From Octopus sinensis (Eukaryota), in NCBI RefSeq assembly GCF_006345805.1, contig NC_042999.1, positions 119,288,001-119,352,000 of the forward strand: a DNA stretch of 64,000 bases. Direction: 5' to 3'. A program made the translations under genes and the position numbers. The number at the start of each line of letters is the position of its first letter. Within the stretch, counting starts at the first letter, position 1. Below are positions 22,105 to 35,431 of the stretch, piece after piece. The notes under the pieces are model-generated. The model ran no database searches, was not told the origin of the DNA, and worked only from the letters and a program-made list of their open reading frames with translations.

Positions 22105-24190
22105 AACACTCATCAGGCGCATCAAAAGACTCAACAAAAAAATCAACCAATTAAAATATTCCCACACGCAACACCCACATTCAACAACAATGAAAAGGCT
22201 AGAGCTGGAAAAACTTCATCTGCAGACTAACATGAAAACCTCCATTGAAAATCAAAGAGCTGTGGAGGAACAATCGGTAATCAAAAATATCAAACAGAAC
22301 CCAAAAGTGTTCTATTCTTATGCAAATAAGCATAGAACCACTGTCTCACCTATTGGGCCATTGATTGATGAAAACGGCATTCCCCAACACGATGCTAAAG
22401 AAATGGCAGAAATACTGCAGAAACAATATTGCTCTGTCTTCAGTGTTCCCACTGATATTGATGTGAGGGAAACGAACGAAGCTGACTCCCAACACAAAAT
22501 CGCAGACATAACCTTCACTGCCACCGACATCGTAGCAGCAATAAATGAGGTCAAACATTACTCTGCTGTAGGCCCTGATAGATTTCCCGCCAGTCTCCTG
22601 AAGGAATGTAGATATCAACTTGCAGTCCCTCTAACCAACCTCTGGAGAAACTCGTTAGACGCAGGTTATATACCGAAAAAGTTTCTATCCCAGTCGGTCA
22701 TCCCGGTTTTCAAACAGGGAAACAGATCCCTTGCAGTCAACTATCGCCCAATCTCACTCACCTCCCACATCATTAAAGTGTTTGAAAGAGTGTTAAGATC
22801 AAGGATAGCTGACTTCCTGGAGACCCACAAACTCCTAAATTCAAATCAGCATGGCTTTCGCTGTGGCAGGGACTGTCTAACACAGCTCTTACACCACATT
22901 GAAGATGTACTCAAAGCCTTGGGAACAGGTTCAAACTCTGACGTCATATACCTTGACTTCAGTAAAGCGTTCGACAGGGTAGACCATAACATCCTACTCT
23001 CAAAATTGGCAAATGTTGGAATCCGTGGGAAAGTTCTACACTGGATTCAGTATTTCCTAGCAAATAGAACACAACATGTTGTAGTTGATGGAGTCCACTC
23101 AAACCCAGCAAAAGCCACCAGCGGTGTTCCCCAGGGAACTGTTTTGGGTCCGCTACTCTTCATAATTTATGTAAACGACCTTTCCAGTGTCGTACATCAC
23201 TGCAAAGTGAAAATATTCGCTGATGACACTAAGCTCCAGCAAATCGTCAATGAAGAAGCAGACCGAACTCAACTCCAGTCTGACCTATATGCTGTGAGTC
23301 AATGGGCAGACAGAAACAAAATGCAACTGAATGAGGGAAAATTTGAGCTGATGCATTTTGGAAGAAATTCCTCACTAAAACAACCATACTCTCTTCCTTC
23401 AGGGGAACCACTCACAGCCTCTAACAATATCAGAGACCTGGGTGTAATTGTTGATGACGATCTCAGTTGGAGTGCACCCATCAACAAGAAGGTCGATACA
23501 GCTCGTAGGATGAGTTCCTGGATCTTAAGAACTTTCCGGTCCAGAGAACAAGGTGTCATCATACCACTTTTTTCATCCTTTGTACGGCCACACCTTGAAT
23601 ACTGCTGCCCACTGTGGTCTCCTCACACAAGACAAAACATCTCCAGAATTGAGTCACCCCAGAGGGCTCTCACTAAACAAATTGAAGGCATGGCTGCTCT
23701 CGACTATTGGGATCGCCTTAAAGCCTTGAAACTTTACTCCCTCCAGCGTCGCCGTGAGCGGTACATCATTTGTACGATGTGGAAAATATACCGCCAACTT
23801 TGCCCAAACGACCTAAACATTAGCTTCAAGGTTCATCCGAGACTTGGACCACGGGCTATACGTCCCCTGCCAAATTCAAGATCACAACATACATGTACAC
23901 TGCAACATAATTTCTTTTCCTCAACAGGCCCTGCCCTATTTAACATTGTCCCGAGGGAGATCAAAGAGGAAAAGGATCCCATCAACTTCAAACAGAGTCT
24001 GGATAGATTCCTTCAAAGAATACCAGACAAGCCACCCATAATTGAATACAACTCACCCAACAAGAACTCACTACTTGAACAAAACTTGACTTAAACAGGA
24101 TTCGAGTAATCCTATCAGGTGGTGCTATTAAGTTAGACATGGCCTGGACCAATCTCTGGTCGAAACATATCTAAGTTTTATCTAAGTTTT
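22105..24190 (+). mobile_element. 5'-truncated CR1-type LINE with uninterrupted RT ORF (stop at 24092-24094)
   Basis: NPKVFYSYA, PGPD-like VGPDRFP, VNYRPISLTS, QHGFR, YLDFSKAFDRVDH, SGVPQGTVLGPLLF, FADD at 23216-23227, DLGV, RPHLEYC, LYSLQRRRER; 3' stem-loop and (ATCTAAGTTTT)x2 tail; inserted in (TA)n. Confidence 0.95.
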
Positions 24191-24269
24191 ATATATATAT
24201 ATATAAACTCATACCTGTATATATATATATATTTTATCATCATCCTCATCATTATCATCGTTATATATA

Positions 24270-24344
<75 letters not shown>

Positions 24345-24402
24345 CATACCTGTATATATATATATTTTATCATCATCCTCATCATTATCATCGTTATATA
24401 TA

Positions 24403-24444
<42 letters not shown>

Positions 24445-24496
24445 TATATATATTATATATATTATATATAACGATGATAATGATGAGGATGATGAT

Positions 24497-24530
<34 letters not shown>

Positions 24531-24539
24531 ATATATAAC

Positions 24540-24583
<44 letters not shown>

Positions 24584-24847
24584 ATATATAATATATATAT
24601 TATATATATATATATATATGTGTTATATATAATATATATATTATATATATTATATATATATATGTGTTATATATAATATATATATTATATATTATATATA
24701 TATATATATGTGTTATATATAATATATATATTATTATATATATATGTGTTATATATAATATATATATATAATATTATATATATATATATATATGTGTTAT
24801 ATATAATATATATATTATATATATATATATGTTATATATAATATATG

Positions 24848-24882
<35 letters not shown>

Positions 24883-24890
24883 GTATATGG
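24191..24890. repeat. Complex (TA)n array with duplicated and inverted 30-bp motif
   Basis: ttttatcatcatcctcatcattatcatcgt at 24232 and 24365, exact reverse complement at 24471-24500, then repeated tatatgtgttatatataa units. Confidence 0.9.
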
Positions 24891-25479
24891 ATATGTACAT
24901 GTAGATATCTGCATATCTACAAACAATAATACTCACACACATGTACATATGAGTCTGCCTGTGTGTGCATGTGCATGCACATGCAGGTGTGTTTGTATGT
25001 GTGTATGTGTGTTTGTGTTTGTGCATTGTAATTTTCAATTTAGATTACTAGTTTCTGTACACCCATTGGCATTGTCCAACTTTTCAATTTTCTTCAGTAA
25101 TATCCTATTTATGTCGCAAATTAATTAGGTATCACTCATATATTTCCAATATATTAGTACATTTCTAGCCTGGAGCATTTTATAAGCTTTACATTTTAAA
25201 TGCTTGTGTATATGTATGTATTTGAATATGTGTGACTGTCAGCATCTATGTATTTAAATTTACATTGTTATATATGTGTAAGATATACAAATGTGTGTAT
25301 ATGTGTGTGTGTGTGTATCAATCTTTGTAGAATTATCATCATTATCAGCATCATCATTGTTATTGTTAATGTCATCCTCTTTATCATGATTAATAACATC
25401 ATCATTGTCATCATCATTCTTGACTTTATCATCATTAACATCACCATCACCATTGCCCCTGTCACCATCATCATCGTCA

Positions 25480-27290
25480 TGATGAATTGACTTTTCCATG
25501 TCCACATGAGTTTAATGGTTCTTCTGTACTGTATCTCAGCATGGCTTGCAGTCCTTTGTCATCTCTATGTGTTTTAGTCTCTTGAGATCTCAAACGTTGC
25601 AACTTCTTTCCATGTCTTCTTCTTCAGAAGGTTCCTTTCACTTGGATCAGGTTGTACTTCTGTACACAACAGAAGAACACTCTCTGTATCAGTGCAGTAT
25701 TTTCTCTTGCAGACTACATTTAATTCCTGTTATACAGATTCCAGTTGATTTGTGCTCTGACATTCATGCACACCAGCAATACACATCCAGCAAAGAATGA
25801 TTGCCTCATTTCATTTCAGAATTTGCACATCATATATGTGCAAAGCCCATGATTCTCTTCCATGCAATATTACATTTGCTATGAGAGCATCATCCAATTT
25901 GATTTCCATTTGCAGTGAATATCCTTTTGTTACTTGCAAATGTCATTGTTCTGTACATTTGTTTCACCATTTTTACTCTGGTGGCGTGGGCAGCCTGTTG
26001 GGCAACATAAAAGCATTAATTTCATGCAAGGTCTTGCTGTTAACTATGACAGTATATATGTTACATACAAAGTTTTCCTTTCTGTCAGCCTACCTGTTAT
26101 ATAACTTGGTCTCTTGTGCACTGCTATGTACATTAGCAATATGCTATGGTGATGGTACTCCCTTCTATTCGGCATATTAAGTATGGCCCACTTTACAGAT
26201 GGCTTTAGATTGCTGCAAACTAAAACCTTTTTGTTTTGGAGGTGTAGTTTGAGGTCTTTCACTTTTATACTTTGCTACCATGGTTAGATTTTTCTGGTTA
26301 TTTAAATTTTTGTTGTTGTTATGGTGGTTTTTTCAAATTTTAACTGCTTCAGCTACTGGAACTAAGCCATTGGCTCATAGGGTTTTCTATATAGAGTGAG
26401 TCTTGAATTTCATTGTTTTGGTCAGGAAAACTATAACAAATGGGAGACTAAAATGTGAACCTTCATGGACACCTGCTAAAAACACAAAATTCTTCACTGA
26501 ACTCATTGCTAACATCCACCTTATTGATAGCATCCCTGCTATGGTTTGTATAGCTTCACAACATTCAATTAAACTTAGTTTACTTAGAGTTCACTCAATT
26601 ACTGAGCATGATGCTCTTTCAAAGGTTTTATTAGATTGACAAATGGTAGGCATAGTGACTTTTGCCTTTGTCTTCATGAAAGAGGGCATCAATGGTACCC
26701 TGTCCAAGTATGGATCCAAATTGTGTTTCATTAGAGCTTATTCCCTTCATACTCTGTCACCTGCCATCCCTATTGTTGCTTCTTTCTAGAACATCTTTAC
26801 CTCCGTGGCATCTCATGAAGATGCTGTTACACGAGTTGTTAGGTATGACATCTCCATAGTGCTATCTGATTGACAATGTGAGTGACAAGCCATGTCGTAC
26901 TATACCAGATATTTTCATCATCTTAACAGTTAGCCCTATTGTCCAGCTGCTTTCCTAATATTCATGTCTTTCTCATTCACCAACTTGTAGTAACATTTCT
27001 AAGCCACTTTTTCATCAGCGTCAGTTAGGCTAAGTGCTCCACTATCATCTTGCAGACACTTTTACTCCCCAAACCTTTTGCTTTTCTCTGTCATTTTGCC
27101 TTGCTGTCCAAAACACCTCACATCTCTGGTCCTCCATAGCAGAACATTAGCAATTCACTTGCTTTCAGCTTTTCTCTGAAATGTATACATACCTGATGCC
27201 AAGCTTTAATTCTGACTACTTGATAATCCTTCTTGCTCTTCTTTTCTTCCAATCTTGTCAGGCCTGTTTCTTACCTTTCATATAAGTTAA
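25480..27290 (-). mobile_element. Degraded RTE-clade LINE (RT to 3' end)
   Basis: Minus strand: KCLQDDSGALSLTD; VIPNNSCNSIF..KDVLERSN; VHKRPSYITGRLTE (internal Cys/His finger); VTKGYSLQM..ILHGRESWAL..NEAIILCWMC; ends at a (GAT)n-type tract. Confidence 0.8.
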
Positions 27291-27819
27291 CATTACACGT
27301 CCTGTGTGCCATAGTGGATTTATTTTTCTCTAGCATTAACAGATTTTTTGCATTCACACTCATATATACTTCACATATGGTCTGCCTTCTGAAAAGGAAG
27401 GTAACATTTTGTTTCCATTCTTTTTCCATTTCTTAAACTGGAACTAAGCAACAACATCAATAATAATAAACTCTATGTATTTCATGTTTACATTTAACAG
27501 ATGTTATTGCAATCCAGTTGATTTCATAATTTCCTTTATTCAAGTTTTCCTTTAGGATAACATTGAATATCCATCAAACCACTCACAACTAACTCCTCTT
27601 TAATAGTATGAGTGTGCTATACGTTATAGAAATAAGGATGCACAACAAGGATTTGAGAAGCGGGTTGCATGATAAGTCATTATTAGGTGGGCCCCACTAC
27701 TAAAAGAATTTAAAACAATTTTTCTTGAGGCTTGCGATTCATAAAGTCTCATGGGCCACAATTTGCCCATGACTAGTATAGCATAACACTCACTTTATGT
27801 CAACTGCGTTGTAAATTAA

Positions 27820-28025
27820 TGAAGGAGGCCTTACATAGTCACTTGACCTGCTAAAAATAGCAACTAAATTACTTTCATATAATACCCTGTTGCCTTTGTG
27901 AAAACATCTTTTCAGATAATGTAGTCCATGATGGATGATAATACTGGATGGTCACAACTGGGATGTCTTTAGTCATAGGTCTACTGATCAGGACTGATTT
28001 AGTATTAAACAACAGCAACAACTTA
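27820..28025 (+). mobile_element. (AAC)n-tailed interspersed repeat, old
   Basis: gacctgctaaaaatagcaactaaatt...ggatggtcacaactgggatgtcttt..tcataggtct...aaacaacagcaacaac; related segments at 42545-42800, 56130-56220 and 60400. Confidence 0.55.
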
Positions 28026-28711
28026 GTTGTAAAATGTCAAATTCCATTGTACTATCTGAACTATTCATATTCACTTACAAGTATATCTCAAACAGTTCAC
28101 TACACCATGGTACCTGAACACTAAACTCTTTAATCCTTACCAAGGTTCTCAGTTGATTTCATACACCATTTATGGGGATTGGCAACATGGTAATAAAATT
28201 CTGCTTTACGAATTGAACAAGGTTATTTTCTAGATATTTTGAAGGGTAGTTTTCAATGACTACGACCAAATGGGACCTTACTTTTAATTGTGCTCACCTT
28301 TGTGCCTTTTGAATTAATCTTATTCATTCAAAATTCAAATTTCTGTAGTTCTTCTAAAAATTCTGCATTTAAATCTCATTTATAAACATACAAAATTTCC
28401 CACTGGTGTCAAGACTTGAAGTTATCTCTGATAAGCTCAAACCCAGGATAATGAGAATGTGCCTGTACCCACACAGGCATAATGCACACACATACTCTCA
28501 CTAATATATTCACTCTTTCTCTCCTTCCACTTTTGCTCATTTTGTTTCATTCTCTCTTATTTGCACTCATACACAATGATTGACAAAGATACATGCAGTG
28601 TTTTGAGCACTGTAGATTGGAGCACACACACATAGAACTAATTATCTGTATCTATTTGTTTGTCCATCTGTCTGCCTTCTTGCTTACCTGCCTGTATGCC
28701 TTCTTCTCCAG

Positions 28712-28759
<48 letters not shown>

Positions 28760-30844
28760 TTATCTATCTATCTCTCCATCTATCAGTCTGTCTGTCTGTC
28801 TGTCTACCTGTCTCTCTCTCTCTTTCTCTCTCTCCCTCCCCTCTCTCTTTCTCCCCTCTCTCCCCTCCCTGTTACCCTCTTTCTCTCCCCCTTTCTCCCC
28901 TCACTCTCACCTGCCCTCTCCCAATCTCTCCCTCCCTCTCCATTCATATTCACTTACAAATATATCTCAAACAGTTCACTGCTTTACAGTACCTGGGTAC
29001 TTAACACTTTAATCCTTAGCAGAGCTCTCAGTTGATTTCATATCGATAATGTCAGCAACAGTGTTAACAACAGCATCCTCAGGCCCAGAGCCTACTAGAG
29101 ATATACCAGGAAAATGAATATAGCTACATCCCAAGTTTGTAAATATATCAGATTTACCAGTAGATCTTTCAAACAGGGAAGGTGGTCCTACTCCATGTTA
29201 AAATAAATTTGTTTGAAATTTTACGGTGTTTCCATTATTTTGTCCAACCCCTGTATATATACATATGTCTATATACGTATACATGTGTATAGTTCAAATT
29301 TACAGAAAACAAAAGACAAAGACAATTGAGGGAACATCAAACAGGTGCATTAATTTGACACTCAAGAAGAATGGAAAAGTCTTTCATGATTCAAACCTAT
29401 ACTCTTTGACAGAAAGGGTTGAAGGAGACAAAATAATAGAGAGAGAACAAAAAAATCTAGAGAGACAAAAATATATTTTGGGATTAACGGTTCAACATGA
29501 TGAAATGTATACATATGCATGCATACACACACACATGCACACACACATGCACACGCACACACACACACATTTATGTATGCATATATGTATGTATGTATAC
29601 ATATATATATATATATATATTTACACACACACACACATATATATATATGTAAATATGTGTATGTATATATGTATGTATAACAAAAGGGAGATATTTTAAA
29701 CTATAGAAAAGTTCACAATGAATATAGACATGTTATATATAGTGTGATAAACTAGAGTAATAATTTTGGACACAATGGAAACTAATAACTTTTAATAAAC
29801 AAGGAAACCATTTAAAATCAGAATTTATATTCTGCTTTAATAGATTGATGAACATGGCTACTCTATGTATGAGAAAAGAGAGCAAAAGATTGTTGAGATG
29901 ATTTAGTATTGGATAACCAGTCATGCAATAGGTCAGGCATGAGTAACCTTTGCCACTTATATCTTTTTGTATGGCACACTTAATGTCATGGTTATAAAAA
30001 TATATTTATTAAAATTTTATAGCATAATCCTGAGGTCTGACTCTATTAATTTGAACAATTTTGTATCTTTCTTTCTCATTCACCCATGTTTTCTCTCAAT
30101 CAAATATTTATAATTTTCTTAGTGCAATATATAATGTGCTCTATACTACATATGATGCGTATTAAATTATTATTTAAGTGTTATAGCTTGAAATCTGGTG
30201 AGCAGTGTCTGATAAGGTACAATGAAAAAGACTGCCATGCTTGCAGCTGGATGAGGCAAGGATAGTAGCATTATAAGGCATCTTACTCAATTCATGTGCA
30301 GGACAGCTTGTCTGCTGCTGGTTTCTGCTTGGCCTCTCTCAATTACAACCTTTTATTTCTGAATTCTATAAACAACCTTGCCTGGACTTGTGCCTTGGAG
30401 GGTAACTTTCTAGGTGCAATTCCATGGTCATTCATGACCGAAGGGGGTCTCCTCTTCTCCTTTCAAACATCGCTTCTGCAACCACCATTAATGCTTCAGA
30501 GTCCCAGAAAGATGTTTTGCCACATCCCTGGCCAGCCATGTGTGGCTCCTCAAAGATCAAGGGATCCTATGTCATGTAACAGTGTCACCTCCTGGGCAAT
30601 GATATTTGCGAGTCAGTTAAACCAGGTTGACAGTTGCCTATGAGTTTTAAACTCAAGCTAAAATTCTTTAAGTGTTTGACACTCAACACATAAGAAGTCA
30701 AGATTTTCAGTAGACTATACAGAAGAAACTCCACTGTCAGTGATAACATTTCATTGAGCCAAAATGGGATTCCAGTGATGTAGCTATGTGATGAGTACCT
30801 CAGAACATGGTAAGGCAGAAATATACCTCTGCTCACCCCACTGT

Positions 30845-31190
30845 ATCATCGTCATCATTTTCATCGTTCTTTAATGTCTGTTTTCCATGCTGGCAAAGGT
30901 TGGATGGCTCGATAGGAACTGGTAAGGCCAGGGGCCGCATCATGTTCCATAGTCTGATTTGGCTTGATTCCTACAGCTGGATGCCCTTCCTAATGCCAAC
31001 CACTCCACAGAGTGTACTGGATGCTTTTAATGTTATACCATCACTGGTGTTTTTTAAGTGGCACCAGCACCAGTGCTTTTTACGTGGCACCAGCACCCAC
31101 ACCAACACTTTTTATGTGGCACCTTGGTTTTAGGATCTCAATTCTGTTGTGGTAGATGGGTCTTCACAGGTTTGGCCAATTCTGTAGGTT
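30845..31190 (-). mobile_element. SINE-like family 3 copy
   Basis: tttaatgtctgttttccatgctggcaaaggttggatgg...ctacagctggatgcccttcctaatgccaaccactcc. Confidence 0.75.
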
Positions 31191-32527
31191 TTTACTCCAC
31201 TCTAAATGCATTGCAACATTTGTTTTTGAAAGTAGTGTTTTGAGATCAGCATTCAAAATTAATATGGTTCTAGTTGTCTCAGTTTGCCTTGGCACTGGTA
31301 CAAGAAAGCAAGGATAAAAGAGTGAGCATGCTGAGTTTAGAGCAAGTCAAGACTCAGACTTGTAGGAACTGTAAACAGACAGTGGACCTTTTTTTGTGGT
31401 AGTCAGGGTATCATGTAAATCTGTGGTAATGAAATACCAACTATATCTGAAGTTTTCCTTCCCATGACTACACATGAAAGGTGTAGTAAAAGCCAGGTTA
31501 GTAGTAATTTTCTGGTAACTTTTATGTCAGTGTCTCCCTTGTCAAGACTCTTTAAAACATGATGTTAATGTCTAAGATATGATGTCATCTTTGAAAGTAA
31601 AGGTCAAATAAATTGTGTCCGTACCCAAGATACTTAATGTTCAATAGCTAACTTAGCCTAACAGTGAATTATTATTGTTGTAAATTTATTGTTTGGCCCC
31701 AGGTTACTTATGAGTGAGTAGATTAAAGGTGTTACATCAGTGAACACTTTCTCTATTTATCTGACAGTATTCATCTATTAATACACTATCCAATGTGTCC
31801 TTCTCTTTTAAAGGTGATGGCATATAATTTAAGGGAGATTTGGAACAGATTAAACAACCACACAAAGCCTACTTTCACTGATTCCCTAGTTCCAATTTCT
31901 TGTTGTTGTTGCTAGTTCCCAAATTTGTCCTGATAGTGCATAACTCTGATAAAAAATATTCCAACTATGACCATCCTGTCTTTTCATTATTAAGCTATTT
32001 ATCACCTTATTCAATATGACCATCATTTTTAAGATGGTGGAGTGGGATGTAAAGAAGATCTGGCTTATAGTTTTATCAGGTCAACAAACTCTATAGAAAA
32101 GCTTCTCCATAACATGTTGTTAGTAGTGGTGGTGGTGGTATTGAATTCCCTCCCTGGATAATCATGACTGAGAATATCAATGGTCAAGAGCATTACATCC
32201 GTGATCATCATATCTTTTCAAGTAATTCACCAAGGACTACATTAGCCAATGTATCCTTCCTTTTCTAAGATTGTAGCGTTTGATGTGATCAAGCAATCCC
32301 ATTGAAGCTCCTCCGGTAGCTCATTAATAAAAGTTGTTTTCATCATTTTTAGCAAAATATCATTCCTGATAGTGTTGATCTATGATCAAAAGTGTTCTCA
32401 TAGTAACCATGCCTTCATTCTCGAGGTTTACACATGTTTTAAACAATATATCCATTTTTAAAGATGGTTGGATATAATTTAAAGAAAATTTGTCTGTAAT
32501 TTTTTTCAGATTGAGCAACTATGTTAA

Positions 32528-32753
32528 CCCTTTAGCATTTAAACTAACCATGTCCAACTCAAATATTCTACCTATTTTTTGTTCAAACTGACCAGATCTG
32601 AACTTTCACACATACCCTACAATGTCATTTTAAAAATATATGATTGCATTATTGAAATCAAGAAGGTACAAGATAATGCATGTTAATGCATGTTTAATTA
32701 AAAACTATCTGAATAAGCCTTACATTTGACTAAATAATCTGAATACTAAAGTG
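32528..32753. mobile_element. piggyBac-type MITE (226 bp)
   Basis: TTAA at 32524-27 and 32754-57; ends ttaaCCCTTTAGCATT / AATACTAAAGTGttaa match 14/16 as inverted repeats including TTAA. Confidence 0.75.
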
Positions 32754-33297
32754 TTAAAGTTCCCTAATTGGTCCTATTTAGCCAGCAAAGGTATCCCAAA
32801 AGATAACATATTTCGTTTTTAAGTTACTGAACTATAAACAAACACAAAACTGTTGACTCACAAAAGAACAAATGACACATCTATACCTATATTTAAAAAA
32901 ACGTTGATGTTTGTCTGTTTGTCTTAAAGCAATCAGGATTTAAAAAAAATCTTTATCAAATTTCACAGAAAGCCAGAAGCAATTCAGAATAATGTTTAAA
33001 GAAAAAAAATTCTTGGTCTGAGGTTCTCTTGACAAAAAACTGAGATTAGTAAAGAAGATGTAGAGAGATTAGAAATTGAAATAGAGTGGTAGTAGAATAG
33101 AAGTGTTAGTAGGAGATTGGGATATATAGAAACATTGTTAGTTTGATATGCCAAATTTTGTTTTCCTTTTTCTATTAGTCTTTCTTTAATCTCTTTCATG
33201 TACTTTCTTACTCATCTCTCTCTCAGACAGCAATATGTGACGTATTATATATATGTGTGCAAGCGTGTATATGTGTAACTACATATGCACACATGTA

Positions 33298-33340
<43 letters not shown>

Positions 33341-33881
33341 TATATATATGAATGAGATGATAAATGAAAGAAAAAGGCACTCAACACATTTAGTCGGAGT
33401 TACATGTATTATTTAAAACAGTTTGATTCAGCTCTATGCAACTTAAAGTTCCATGGGCCTCTAGCAGATACCCATCTGTCTTGAATTACTGATTCAGGCT
33501 TAGATGACTTATTATTGGTTTTCAAGTCACATGGAGCCCAATCAAACTGTTTTATCACCGTGTGTATCACGTAAGACTAGGGATGGGAGCGATGACCTCC
33601 TCTCACATATACTAATCGGACACAGAATGTGCGTCATTGGCCAGCTGGAAGAGATGTCTTCCTGGGGCTATAAACGTCAGTAGTACTGTCCTTTATAGGA
33701 TGCTACACTTGGTTGGCAATTATATGTTATGATTCCATATTGCTACTGTTTACATCTCGCTCAGAGATTTAAAATAGTATATATATATATATCATCGGTA
33801 AAACATAAACCCAAATAAGAAGCACATTCAAAGTTATAGAGCAGTATATTATGTAGATAAAGTTAGATAAGGCCAGTTTAT

Positions 33882-33942
33882 GGGTTTACCCTGGGTTTCA
33901 TATCCATAAAATGTGTAGCTTTACAGTGTATTTTCAGATCCC
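33882..33942 (-). ncRNA. Type I hammerhead ribozyme, degenerate (family A, left arm)
   Basis: gggat CTGAAAA tacactgtaaag..tttatggatat GAAA cccagg gtA aaccc; G8A lesion. Confidence 0.6.
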
Positions 33943-33969
33943 AAACCTGTTGGCTGATGGTTGAGTTTA

Positions 33970-34028
33970 GGATCTGATGATACGATGTAAAGATTGGCAC
34001 TTTATGGATGTGAAACCCATGGTAATCT
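33970..34028 (+). ncRNA. Type I hammerhead ribozyme with intact catalytic core (family A, right arm)
   Basis: GGAT CTGATGA (33974-80) stem II (gtaaag/ctttat core) GAAA (34012-15) CC-cat-GG T A ATCT: stem III ACC/GGT, GUA cleavage triplet 34022-24, stem I GGAU/AUCU. Confidence 0.8.
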
Positions 34029-34089
34029 CATTAGCTGGCCTTATCTAACATTATCTATCTATCTATCATCTATCTATCTATCTATCTAT

Positions 34090-34650
34090 ATCATCATCGT
34101 TTAACGTCTGCTTTCCATGCTGGCATGGGTTGGACAGTTTGACTGAGGACTGGTGAGCCAGAAGCTGCACTAGGCCCAATCTGATCCGGCAAGGTTTCTA
34201 CAGCTGAACGCCCTTCCTAATGCCAACCATTCCTAGGGTGTAGTGGGTGCTAACCTGCACGGGAGCCAGTCTGGTGGCACTGGCAACGACCATGCTCAAA
34301 TATTGTTTTTCATGTGCCAGTAGGGCGACTTTGGCAATGATCACACTCGAATGGTGCTTTTCATATGCCACCGGCACAGGAGCCAATCGGCGACCCTGGC
34401 AACGATCACGCTCAGATGTGCTTTTAACATTCCACTGGCATGAGTTCCAATCAGGCAGTACTGTGTTTGGCTATTTTGATTTGCTTTGTTTTTGTTTTTG
34501 TTTTCACTTGCCTCAATAGGTCTTCGCAAGCAAAGTTCATTGTCCAACAAATGAGGGGTACTCATAAATAGGCCAGTTACACCCCACATTTGGATGTGCT
34601 TTTAACGTTCTAGTGGCACGAGTTCCAATCAGGTGGTACTGTAATTGGCC
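34090..34650 (-). mobile_element. SINE-like family 3 copy with internal repeats
   Basis: catcatcgtttaacgtctgctttccatgctggcatgggttggac...; repeated ggcactggcaacgac and gagttccaatcagg units. Confidence 0.85.
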
Positions 34651-34683
34651 ACGTTAGTGATTTTGATTTTGATGATATATATA

Positions 34684-34748
<65 letters not shown>

Positions 34749-34820
34749 GTGTGTGTGTATATATATAGTGTGTGTGTGTGTGTGTATATATATATGTGTG
34801 TGTGTGTGTGTATATATATA

Positions 34821-34851
<31 letters not shown>

Positions 34852-34854
34852 GTG

Positions 34855-34894
<40 letters not shown>

Positions 34895-34899
<5 letters not shown>

Positions 34900-35345
34900 T
34901 TATTTCTTTATTGCCCACAGGGGATCAACATAGAGAGGACAAACAAGGACAGACAAAGGGATTAAGTTGATTGCTTTGACCCCAGTATGTAACTGGTGCC
35001 TATTTAATTGACTCCGAAAGGAGGAAAGGCAAAGTCGACCTCAGGGGAATTTGAACTCAGACAAAATACCGATTTCTTTACTACCCACAAGGGGCCAAAC
35101 ACAGAGGAAACAAACAAGGACAGACAGGTGGATTAAGTCGATTATATCGACCCCAGAGCATAACTGGTACTTAATTTATCGACCCCGAAAGGATGAAAGG
35201 CAAAGTCGACCTCGGCGGAATTTGAACTCAGAACGTAATGGCAGACGAAATACGGCTACGCATTTCGCCCAGCGTGCTAACATTTCTGCCAGTTCACCAC
35301 AAAGCATTTCACCCGGTGTGCTAACGATTCTGCCAGCTCGCCACC
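34895..35345 (-). mobile_element. Two tandem SINE family 1 (variant A) copies
   Basis: 34895-35060 is truncated; 35075-35345 is near-consensus with a duplicated tRNA-like head (catttc.ccc.g.gtgctaac..ttctgccag x2). Confidence 0.9.
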
Positions 35346-35397
<52 letters not shown>

Positions 35398-35431
35398 TTA
35401 AAAAAAGTAAATAAAAATGGAAAAGCACTGC

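Larger units (their letters stand above)
33793..34057. mobile_element. Inverted-repeat element family A, copy 2 (arms about 33857-33946 and 33965-34054)
   Basis: ataaagttagataaggccag...cagatcccaaac pairs with gtttaggatctg...ctggccttatctaacattat; flanked by (TA)n and (TCTA)n. Confidence 0.85.

Noticed and set aside
24139-24175. CR1 3' end as a hammerhead (hairpin followed by GAAAC)
   Set aside because: No CUGANGA, and the topology is a nested stem-loop; interpreted as the LINE 3' recognition structure.
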